A DNA stretch of 64,000 nucleotides, from positions 576,001 through 640,000 of the forward strand of contig CAWJEN010000005.1 of NCBI GenBank assembly GCA_963841915.1, in the 5' to 3' direction. The notes under the pieces are model-generated. The model saw only the letters and a program-made list of their open reading frames with translations. It searched no databases and had not been told where the DNA came from. Numbering within the stretch: the stretch's first letter is position 1; the number at the start of each line of letters is the position of its first letter. The translations under genes and the position numbers were made by a program. This document shows positions 43,021 to 52,300 of the stretch, one piece after another. The stretch comes from an uncultured Planctomycetota bacterium (lineage in GTDB: Bacteria; Planctomycetota; Phycisphaerae; Tepidisphaerales; Tepidisphaeraceae).

Positions 43021-44274
43021 ATGCAAGAACCCGTCCGGATCGGAATCGTCGGCTGCGGCGTCGTCGCGACCGCTTACTACCTGCCGTATCTGCTCGACTA
43101 CGACGGCGCCGAAATCACAGCGGTGTGTGACCGCGACGCGCGGCGTGTCGATGCCTGCGCCAAGCTTTACGGAGCGAAGCACAAGTTCACGGACTACGAG
43201 CAAATGCTCGACGAGGCCGAGCTCGACGCCGTACTCATCCTGACGGCGCCGGGCACGCACGTTCGGTTTTCCCTCGCTGCCATCGAGCGGGGCATTCACC
43301 TGCTCATCCAGAAGCCGATGGCCCTCACGCTCGACGAAGCGACGACGATCGTCGACGCGGTGCGAAAATACAAGGTCAAGTGCGTCGTCGAGCCCAGCGC
43401 CAACACGCTGCTCGACGCCGACACCGCCCACATGCGTGAGCTGATCGAGGCGGGCGTGCTCGGCGATCCGTACTGGTTCAGCTACACGCCCACCGCCGGG
43501 ACGGAGTATTCCGCCATGCTCGGCGGCAACCCGTACGGCAACAAGGCGTTCTTCTCGGCCGACTCCGGCGGTGCTTTGTTCGACCACCCGTACTTCCCCA
43601 CCCAAATCGTCGCGTTGCTCGGCGGCTGCCGCGCGGTGACCGCCAGTGCCGTGACCTCCGTGCCCGACCGCATGATCGTGCCCGACGACGGGTACACCGA
43701 CTTCCTCTGCAAAGCGACCGATCCGCGCGACTGCAACTACTGGGACGAAGTCATGCACCTCCCCAAGACCGAGGCGATTTCCATGGGAGCGCCCGACAAC
43801 ATCTTCAGCGTGTACGAGCTCGATGCCGGCTGGACCGGGACCGTACACATCGGACGACCCTTCCACCCCATGCCCGCGGGGATTCACCAAGTTGGGCTCC
43901 AAGTCTTCGGAAAGGGCGGCAACCTCATCTCCGGCGGCCCCGGCCACTCCGCGTCGATCATCTCCGATCGCCGCGACCTCCTGCCCCACACCGACGACAA
44001 GGGCTGGTACCACATTCCGACCCGCGGCGACCACAGCAAGGCCCAGTGGCCCAAGCCCGTGCCGGGCGCCTTCAACTACTACGCAGAGTCAACGAAGCAC
44101 CTCTGCGAGTGCATCCGCCAGGACTGCGAGCCGATCCCCAGCGCCGAGTTTCACCGCCATATCACCGAAATGATGTGGGGCGCGCTCGAATCTCAGCGGA
44201 CAGGGTGCCGGTATGTCATGACCACCACGCCCACCGGCCTGCGATCTGAGGCGGCCTCGGGAACACCGTCGTGA
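43021..44274 (+). CDS. Gfo/Idh/MocA oxidoreductase
   Basis: IGIVGCG, QKPMA, GGALFD. Confidence 0.88.
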   Translation: MQEPVRIGIVGCGVVATAYYLPYLLDYDGAEITAVCDRDARRVDACAKLYGAKHKFTDYEQMLDEAELDAVLILTAPGTHVRFSLAAIERGIHLLIQKPMALTLDEATTIVDAVRKYKVKCVVEPSANTLLDADTAHMRELIEAGVLGDPYWFSYTPTAGTEYSAMLGGNPYGNKAFFSADSGGALFDHPYFPTQIVALLGGCRAVTASAVTSVPDRMIVPDDGYTDFLCKATDPRDCNYWDEVMHLPKTEAISMGAPDNIFSVYELDAGWTGTVHIGRPFHPMPAGIHQVGLQVFGKGGNLISGGPGHSASIISDRRDLLPHTDDKGWYHIPTRGDHSKAQWPKPVPGAFNYYAESTKHLCECIRQDCEPIPSAEFHRHITEMMWGALESQRTGCRYVMTTTPTGLRSEAASGTPS

Positions 44275-45284
44275 AAGATTCATCTGATTCCATCCGCTTC
44301 GCGGTCGTCGGACACGAGTTCGGTCGTTACCACGTCCGAACGCTCAGCCAGATGCCGGGCGTTCGACTCGTTGCCGTGGCGGATCGACGCAGCGACGACC
44401 TTGATTCCGCCGCAGAACAGTACAGCTTCACCGCCTACCGCGACGCGGCCGAGATGCTGCAGACCGAGGCTCTGGACGCAGTGGTCATCGCCACGTCGCC
44501 TAAGCCCCGCCTGCCGCTCATCGAGCTGGCCGTGAAGAAGAACCTGGCGTTGTTCGTCGAGAAGCCGTGGGCCAGCGACCTGAACAGCGCCCGCCACCTC
44601 GCCGACCTGTCAGCGACCTCGGCCGCGCCCGTTATGGTCGGCTTCAGCTTCCGCTTCCATCCGGCACTAGCCAAGCTCCGCACCCTGATCAACGGCGAGC
44701 TGGGCGTTCCGCGAATGCTCAGCGGGCAGTACGTCTTCGCAGGGCTGCCGCCGACCGACAGTTGGATCTGGGACGCCGACAACGGCAACGGGTTTATCAA
44801 CGAGAACTCCTGCCACCTGTTCGACGCGGTCTGCCATCTGATGGGCACGCCCATACGCGTTCACGCCGAAGCGGCACGTTTCAGCGGCGGACCAATGGAT
44901 GACGCGGCAGTCATCACGCTGCGGTTTGCCGAGGGCGGGCTCGCCGCGCTGACCTGCGGCGCGATCGGCACCAACGCGTGCGATCGATACCCGCACCTCG
45001 ACCTCTTCGCCGAGCGTGGCAAGGCCGAGTTGATCGGCCGTCACCACGTTTGGCAAAAGCTGCGGTGGGCTACGCACCAGGACGACGTCGTACGCGAGTT
45101 TGCCGCTCCGCCCGAACAGCTCGGCTCGACGCGCTACACGCACGCCCTGAAGCACTTTGTCTCGTGCATCCGCCAGAACGCGACACCAACAGCAACTCCC
45201 GCCGACGGAGTCCGCTCTGTTGCAATCGCCATGGCGGTCGCCGAATCGTCACGGGTCGGCCAGGCCGTCGACCTGTCGCTGTGA
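44271..45284 (+). CDS. Gfo/Idh/MocA oxidoreductase
   Basis: FVEKP, VGFSFRF, ENSCHLFD. Confidence 0.88.
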   Translation: MKDSSDSIRFAVVGHEFGRYHVRTLSQMPGVRLVAVADRRSDDLDSAAEQYSFTAYRDAAEMLQTEALDAVVIATSPKPRLPLIELAVKKNLALFVEKPWASDLNSARHLADLSATSAAPVMVGFSFRFHPALAKLRTLINGELGVPRMLSGQYVFAGLPPTDSWIWDADNGNGFINENSCHLFDAVCHLMGTPIRVHAEAARFSGGPMDDAAVITLRFAEGGLAALTCGAIGTNACDRYPHLDLFAERGKAELIGRHHVWQKLRWATHQDDVVREFAAPPEQLGSTRYTHALKHFVSCIRQNATPTATPADGVRSVAIAMAVAESSRVGQAVDLSL

Positions 45285-45323
45285 CCTTCCGCCAAGCCAG
45301 CAACCCTCTCCAGCCTCATTGCC

Positions 45324-46130
45324 ATGCGACTCGGACTCGACGCCGGCCCCGACACCCTCGACCTCGCCGTAGACCTCAACATTCCGGGCGTGCCTATCTC
45401 GGGCACCGACCTCGTCAAGAAGGGCGTAGAGGCCACCCTCGCGCCGCTTCGTGAACGCGACTTGCGGGTGTGCCAGATCGGGATGTTCGGCTTCAACCCC
45501 CTCGCCGAGTCAGGCGACAACGCGCTGCTGCCCGGGGTCATCGATCTCGCCCCTCTGACGGGCTGCCGCCACGTCACCATCGGTCCAGGTAACTACCACG
45601 CCTCCGGCTTCGGCCACTACGACGTCCGCAACTTCCAAGACGCCGCCATCCGCACCTACGCCGAGGCACTCAAGCCGTTGCTGGAACGCGCTGCCGCAAA
45701 TGACGTGCTGCTCACCATCGAGGCCTACCTCAAAGGCGTGATCCGCAGCGCAGGGTCTTTCCAGAAGCTCGCCGACCTCGTCACCTCCGACAACCTCCGA
45801 TGCAATCTTGACCCCTCCAGCCTCTACACCGGCCTGAGCGACGTGCTCGATCCGATGCCGCTGGTGATGCGGACAGTCGACGGCTTGGCCGATCGCATCG
45901 GCCTCATTCACGTCAAAGAGGTCGGGGTCACCGAAGGCTTTCACCTCCACATGGGGCTGGTCCCCATCAGCGAAGGCCACACCGACTGGTCCGCCTTCCT
46001 TCAAGCCGCGTCGCGTCACGTCGGAGGCGACACCTGGCTGATCGTCGAACACTGCCAATCGTCCGACGAAGCACGCCGGAGCGTCGCCACGCTCCGTTCC
46101 GCCGCAGCCCGTGTCGGAATCGACTTGTAG
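45324..46130 (+). CDS. Sugar phosphate isomerase/epimerase (xylose-isomerase-like TIM barrel)
   Basis: LTIEA, NLDP, IHVKE, LIVEH metal-ligand pattern. Confidence 0.82.
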   Translation: MRLGLDAGPDTLDLAVDLNIPGVPISGTDLVKKGVEATLAPLRERDLRVCQIGMFGFNPLAESGDNALLPGVIDLAPLTGCRHVTIGPGNYHASGFGHYDVRNFQDAAIRTYAEALKPLLERAAANDVLLTIEAYLKGVIRSAGSFQKLADLVTSDNLRCNLDPSSLYTGLSDVLDPMPLVMRTVDGLADRIGLIHVKEVGVTEGFHLHMGLVPISEGHTDWSAFLQAASRHVGGDTWLIVEHCQSSDEARRSVATLRSAAARVGIDL

Positions 46131-46225
46131 GGTGTCACCGGACCTGACAATGACGCCGAACGGCGTCGCCGCAGGTTCGTCTCCTTGGCAGGTCCGAGCC
46201 CGACCACCTTCCTGAATCTTGCCTT

Positions 46226-46458
46226 GGGGGGGGGTAAAGGGCGGGGGGTAAAGGGGTCGCGAGCCTTTTCGAAACCTTGAGACCACCACCGGCCTGGGCA
46301 GCGACCATCCGCACTTCGAGCCGGTCGTCTTCGGGGCGTGGAAGCGGACGGGGGGTAAAGGGGTCGCGAGCCTTTTCGAAGGGGGGGTAAAGGGGTCGCG
46401 AGCCTTTTCGAAACCTTGAGGGGGGTAAAGGGGTCGCGAGCCTTTTCGAAACCTTGAG
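46226..46458 (+). repeat. Cluster of four GGGGGGTAAAGGGGTCGCGAGCCTTTTCGAA(ACCTTGAG) units plus a partial unit
   Basis: Units at 46243-46281, 46350-46380, 46382-46420, 46420-46458. Confidence 0.92.
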
Positions 46459-46550
46459 CGCAGCGCGATGCTCGCAGCCGTCGCACCCGCATGTTGTACC
46501 GCTTCGGCCGGGGAGGCGACAAGGGTAGACCGGGCCATGAACCATCCGGA

Positions 46551-46582
46551 GGCAGAAAAGGCTCGCGACCCCTTTGTCTGCC
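46551..46582 (-). repeat. Inverted copy of the 20-bp quasi-palindrome
   Basis: GGCAG-AAAAGGCTCGCGACCCCTTT-GTCTGCC. Confidence 0.85.
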
Positions 46583-46612
46583 GCAGTTCTCATGCTCGGC
46601 ATGTCCGCCGCA

Positions 46613-46882
46613 TCAGCTTTTGCGGCGGCTGACGAGAACAAAGGCCAACGCCACGCCGACGGCCAGTCCGACGCCGCCACCGATCATGAGGTTGGTTTGG
46701 CGTCGTCGCTGGATGTCCGCACCGGCCGCGAAGTTCTGCATGCCCTCTGCCACCCGCTCGTCCGCCGTCATGCCGGTCGTGTTGGTCGGCTGTACCTGGT
46801 CGGTCGAGGTCAACGACCCGCCGATGAAGGCACCGGCAGCACCACAGGCGAGAACAACAACGAGGAACATCACAATCTTCAT
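46613..46882 (-). CDS. Small two-TM hypothetical protein
   Basis: MKIVMFLVVVLACGAAGAFIG...GVGLAVGVALAFVLVSRRKS. Confidence 0.65.
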   Translation of the reverse strand: MKIVMFLVVVLACGAAGAFIGGSLTSTDQVQPTNTTGMTADERVAEGMQNFAAGADIQRRRQTNLMIGGGVGLAVGVALAFVLVSRRKS

Positions 46883-46989
46883 AACACCAATATAAAAGCC
46901 GCCCGAGCAACCGCAAGGGGAGATCGAAGACCTGGTCCACACGTGGCATCGAGTCGCGACATCCGCAATGTCGCTTGGCGAGAAAGACG

Positions 46990-47589
46990 TCAGACCTTGG
47001 TCTTCTTCATGATCATCGACTTGCCGGCCCGGCCGCGGATCTCCTCGAGCGCAGCCGCGGCGAGGGTGGCTTCGCCTGGCATCAGACGGTCAAAGCCGAT
47101 CCGCATCGACTCGGTGCGCCCACGCGAGGACGTCGGGTTCACTCGGGCGACGACCTGGGCGAAGTGGACGGACTGGAAGCCGTCCGGCTCGTCGACGACG
47201 TCGATGTCGGTGTGCTCCGAGATCGGGTACCGCAGCGCCTCGCGGTGGCCCCAGATCCCGCGGACGATCAGGGCGTGCTTGTCGGTGACGCCGTAGCGGG
47301 TCGTCGCCAGCAGTCGGCGGGACAGGGCGGGGATGCCCCAGAGGAACGCCGCCGCCGCGGTGCCGCTGATGATGAGGAAGACGGCCAGAATGCCGCCGGC
47401 GCCGTCAAGGTCATCGCGATTGGCCCAGCCCATCAGGGCGAAGAACGCGAAGCAGGCCAGGAGCAGGAAGCCAACCAGACGAACCCGCCGCACCGCCCGC
47501 GTCGCCCGCCCCCTCGGATCGGGTCGGCCGTGCCAGAGGAGGGTTTCCTTGGCGTCGAGGTGGAGCGCTTGCCTGTGGGCGTCCGTCAT
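46990..47589 (-). CDS. Membrane protein (two TM plus bacterial PH-like soluble domain)
   Basis: ETLLWHGRP..TMs..TRYGVTDKHALIVRG pattern. Confidence 0.7.
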   Translation of the reverse strand: MTDAHRQALHLDAKETLLWHGRPDPRGRATRAVRRVRLVGFLLLACFAFFALMGWANRDDLDGAGGILAVFLIISGTAAAAFLWGIPALSRRLLATTRYGVTDKHALIVRGIWGHREALRYPISEHTDIDVVDEPDGFQSVHFAQVVARVNPTSSRGRTESMRIGFDRLMPGEATLAAAALEEIRGRAGKSMIMKKTKV

Positions 47590-47631
47590 ATCGGAAGCAC
47601 CGTACGGGGGATGTCCGATCAGGCACTATCT

Positions 47632-47791
47632 GAGACTCGCGACCCCTCTATCTCCTTCGAGGAAAGGCTCGCGACCCCTTTGTTTGGCGCCCCTTTGTTT
47701 GGCGCGCGGCTGACGGGGCGAGCGGGCCTTCGGACCAGCGGTAACGGCGGCCTGATCCAGCCGATAAAGGCTCGCGACCCCTTTATCTGCC
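47632..47791 (-). repeat. Three further inverted copies of the quasi-palindrome
   Basis: CTCGCGACCCCT cores in 47632-47650, 47663-47681, 47766-47784; local CCCCTTTGTTTGGCGC duplication. Confidence 0.85.
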
Positions 47792-47927
47792 TCTTTCCAT
47801 GAGGCTCTTCGCGACGCTACCAGACTTTGCCTGGGTGCAGGGGCTGCGGGGTTTGGCCCAAATTCCGCTCCCTTATTCCGCTGCGCGGGTAACGGACCAT
47901 ATCCCTTTTGTGTGCCCAACATCACCG

Positions 47928-49168
47928 TCACTTCCGCTGACTCTGTGCGGTCTTTAAGGCGACAATTCTGATAAAACTGGCCATCCGTGGATCATGGAAT
48001 CGATATAATCCGTGCACAACTCTCTCGATTATCGCTGTCTTGTCGTCCGTGACCAATCGGTTGAAATAACGCTGCAAGCTTGTCGATGTGAAGGGCCGAC
48101 CTAAGACACGTTGGACGCTAGCCCGCCATTGCTCGGTCGTGAACTCGACTTGATCGACTTGAGCAGCTCCAAATGCCACCATCTCGTACATGTTGGATTT
48201 CGCAGAGCGAGTCGCCACGTCAAACTGCTGATGAAAAGTGCCCTCGACATCGGCAACGGATTCTGAAACAGCCTCGTTTAGTGTCTTGGACGAGATTACA
48301 TTAAAATCACGTCGAACGACACATTCGGCGCACTTGAGGCCGATGAGGTGGGCGAAGTAGGGGAAGCCCGCAGAAAGCTCAACAACGCGGTCTACAACGT
48401 CAGAGTCGAAGTGAAGATGACACGCTTCTGCCCCATTCTCGATTATCTGCCGTATCCCGTTGTCCCCCATCTTCTCGAGCTTCGTTTCCTTTATCGCTCG
48501 GCCAACCGAAGGATGCCCAGCCAGCAAGTCGGAGGCGGTGCTGGAGACACCAACCACGATTACTTTGAAGGGGGACTTCAGGTCGCTCAGCGACTTGATG
48601 AACTCAGCGATCTTGTGTCGATCTTTACTGCTTCCGATTACATCTGCTTCGTCAATCAACAGCACGCCTGGGCGACGGCTTAGAAGTGCGGCCACAGCGG
48701 ATGGGCTCAGATCGACCTCCTTCTTCCATTTCTCAAATCGCTCATTTCCGCTCAGTTTAGAGGCTGACAAGCCGTAGTAAGTGAAACCAGTAGTCGTGCT
48801 CTCTCTCGTCTGAATTGCAATTTCATCCGGAAGATCTAGTACGCCGTAATGCTTGAGCGGAACGGCCGCTATGGTCTCGAACGTGTCACTGTGATCGCAA
48901 ATCTTAATGAAGGCGCGGCCCGTGACGATCGGCCCCACAAGGCATTGTACTGTCACCCGCGCAACGAGCTTTTCCCAATCCCGCGAAGACCAAAGAGGAG
49001 TGAGTGCTGGCCTGGTGTTCGGATCTGTGAGATTACCCGAGCGACCTCTTTGGTTCGCCCAAAGAAATTCTCGATAGTATCGATAGGCGTAGCGGGTGTG
49101 AAATGATTGCGTACTCCAGAACGGTCGATCCGATCTTCTTCTAGGAGGTAGGTGTTAGCGTCGGCCAT
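47928..49168 (-). pseudogene. AAA+ / Orc1-Cdc6-like or STAND-like ATPase with putative C-terminal winged helix, frameshifted near 48961
   Basis: FFGRTKE, Walker A GLRGIGKSS in one frame; Walker B LLIDEAD and SAGFPY in another; visibly lower GC. Confidence 0.78.
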
Positions 49169-49319
49169 CGGTCCTGTCGTTGAAGTCGCCAATCGAAGGT
49201 GCGGAATCTACCGATGATCACCGTCTGGTGGCGCGTAACGCAGGTAGAACTTGGTGCAAAGTCTGAAAGCACCCGGCCGACGCCTCCGCCGGCCGGGTGT
49301 GAAAATCTGAGGTGGCCGC

Positions 49320-52300
49320 TCAGCTGCAGCCCATCGAGTTGCCGCAGTTGAGGCACTTGTAGCAGGTGCCGCTGCGGACGGTGATGCTGCCGCAGACGTC
49401 GCAGGCAGGGGCGTCGCTTTGGGCGGCGGTGCCGGCGAGGCTCAGCGGGTCCTGGGCCGGGGCACGGACCGTGGTCGCGAGGCGGCCTGCGACCGGGGCG
49501 TTGACGGCGCTCGTCGCGGGGGACGGGCGGATCAGGACGGCCGTGCCGCCTGCCGACTCGGTGGGTGTCAGCGGGGCGACGGGCTTCGTGTCGGGCTTGA
49601 CGGTCGCATGACCGTTGCCGTTGCCGTTCGTGGCTGGCGTCGCGGGTGCGGCGGGGGCTTTGGCGGGCGTGACCGGGCCGCGGTTGGGGGCGTTGGCGGC
49701 GCGGTAGCCGGGGATGAACTCCATGCCGAGCCAGCGGAAGATGTAGTCGACGAGGCTCTTGGCCATCGGGATGTCGCGGTTGCGGCTCATGCCCGAGGGC
49801 TCGAAGCGGACGTGCTCGAACTTGCGGACAAGGTCCTCGACCTTCACGCCGTACTGCAGGGCGAGGCTGGCGAGGGTGGCGATGGTGTCCATCAGGCCGC
49901 CGACGGTGGAGCCTTCCTTGTTCATGGTGATGAAGATCTCGCCGGGCGTGTTGTCGTCGTAGAGGCCGACGGTGATGTACCCCTCGTGGCCGGCGATATC
50001 GAACTTGTGCGTCTTGGCGTCGCGGGTGTCGCTGAGCTTGCGACGCAGCGGGCGGTGAACGACACGCTCGATGATCTTCTCGATCACACGCGGCTCGGCG
50101 TGCTCGAGGTTGCTGAGCTGCTCGGCGGCGCGGACGACGTCGGTGGCAACCTCGGCCTGGCCCGCCTCGACATTGGCTTCGTCGTCGGCTTCCTCGTCGG
50201 CGTCGGACTTGACGTTGAGCGGCTGGCTGAGCTTCGAGCCGTCGCGGTAGAGGGCGTTGGCTTTGAGGCCGAGCTTCCACGACTGCTCGTAGGCGGCCTG
50301 GACTTCGTCGACGGTTGCCTCGTTGGGCAGGTTGATCGTCTTGGAGATCGCACCGCTGATGAACGGCTGGGCGGCGGCCATCATCTTGATGTGGCCCTCG
50401 GCGGCGATGTAGCGGGTGCCGGTCTTACCGCACTTGTTGGCACAGTCGAAGACGTCGTAGTACTCGGCCTTGAGGTGCGGTGCCCCTTCGACCGTGCCCC
50501 GGCCGCAGATGACGATGCCGCTTTGCTCGATGTCGTGCTTGCTGAAGCCCAGGTGCCGAAGCAGGCTGAACGACGGGTCGTTCTTCTGCTCGTCGGTCAC
50601 GTTCAGGCGGGCGAGCGTCTCGGCAGAGAGCGACCACGGGCTGAAGGCGAACGGCAATTCAAAGGCGGCGGGAAGGCCCTTTTCGATCTTGTCGAGCTCT
50701 TCGTTCGTCAGGCCGCGCTCGGCGAGGGTGGCCCGATTGACGGGCGTGTCGCCGTTGAGCGTGAGGGTGCCGAGGACGAACTTCATGATGTCGTCGGCCT
50801 GCTTGGCGTCGTAGCCGAGGCTGGTCATGGCCGGCAGGAGGCCTGCGTTGGCGATCTTGAAGTAACCGCCGCCGGCGAGCTTCTTGAACTTGACGAGGGC
50901 AAAGTCGGGCTCGACGCCGGTGGTATCGCAGTCCATGAGCAGGCCGATCGTGCCGGTGGGGGCGATGACGGTCGTCTGGGCGTTGCGGTAGCCGTGCCTG
51001 GTGCCGAGGTCGAGGGCGCGATCCCACGCTTTGCGGGCGGCGTCGAGGACGCTCGATTCGAGCAAAGGCGTCGAGCCGTCGAAGGCGTCGGCGTTGATGG
51101 CGACGGGCAGGACGTCGAGGCCTTCGTAGTCGCTGTGGGGGGCGGCGTAGGCGGCGCGGCGGTGGTTGCGGATGACGCGGAGCATGTTCTCCTTGTCAGG
51201 ACCGAAGCCGGGGAACGGGCCGTGCTCGCGAGCCATTTCGGCGCTGGTGGCGTAGCTCTCACCGGTCATGACGGCGGTGAGTGCGCCACAGATGGCGCGG
51301 CCTTCGTCGCTGTCGTAGGCGATGCCGCTCTGCATGAGCATGGCGCCAAGGTTGGCGTAGCCGAGGCCGAGTGTTCTGTATTTGTAGCTCAATTCAGCGA
51401 TTTCTTCGCTGGGGAAGCTGGCCATCACGACGCTGATCTCAAGAACGACGGTCCAGAGGCGGACGGCGTGCTTGTAGGCGTCGAGGTCGAATTGCTTGGT
51501 TTTCGTATCGAAGAACTGAATGAGGTTCAGCGACGCCAGGTTGCAGGCAGTGTCGTCGAGGAACATGTACTCGCTGCAGTTGTGAACGGTGACGCCGTTG
51601 GCCACGAAGGAGCTGGTGACGGGCTCGGTGAGGTCAAAGACCTGCTCGACGCCGAGCGGCTCGAGGCCGCCGATGCGGTCCCAGTTGTCGCAGAGTGCGC
51701 CGCTGGTCGGGTCGTTGTCGACGGCGAGCGAGAGGGCGGCCGACTTGGTTTCGTCGAGGAAGCCGACGTGCTCGGCAAAGAGGCTCAGGCAGGCCGGGTC
51801 GACGCGAAGGACGGCGTCGCCTTCGTCACCCGTGACGGTGCAGCGGATGCCGAAACCGATCAGCAGGAGCTGGACATCTTCGAGCAGGCCGAGGCGTGAC
51901 GTACGGAGGCCGACGGTCTCGCTGGTGACAATGCCGTCTGCGGTGAAGAGGCCTCGGAGCAGGTGCTTTTGTGCGGCGAGGCCGGCGGTGAAGGCGTCGC
52001 CGGAGAGGCGGCGACCGCCGGTGAAGGGCGTGCGGATGAACGCGCCGAGACGACCGATCATGCGGCGGTCGTCGCTCTTTGTCGCCGGTTCGGCGACGAG
52101 CGTTGTCGTCTCTTGCTCGGCGAAGATGCCGCGATCGTCCCCAAGAACCGGCTCGCGACGCACGCGTGCGGCTTCGCCCCAGTGGTCGGCGACGTAACCG
52201 GCATAGCTGCCGAGGTCGTCGGTGTCGAGGCCGACGCGGGCGAGGTCGAGCTCGCCGCCCGTGCCGTTGGCGTCGCTGAGCAGGAAGCCGGCGAGGTGGA

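Noticed and set aside
46243..46458. CRISPR array
   Set aside because: Units are mostly abutting with no regular spacers, inverted copies lie nearby, and there are no cas genes in the window
47792..47927. Integron attC site after the ATPase
   Set aside because: A GTTGGGC is present but there is no properly ordered RYYYAAC..GTTRRRY pairing and no integrase
49419..51899. 826-aa plus-strand ORF and similar long antisense ORFs (e.g. 5069-6571, 39925-41472, 57348-59051)
   Set aside because: Shadow frames of high-GC genes on the opposite strand, with no motifs
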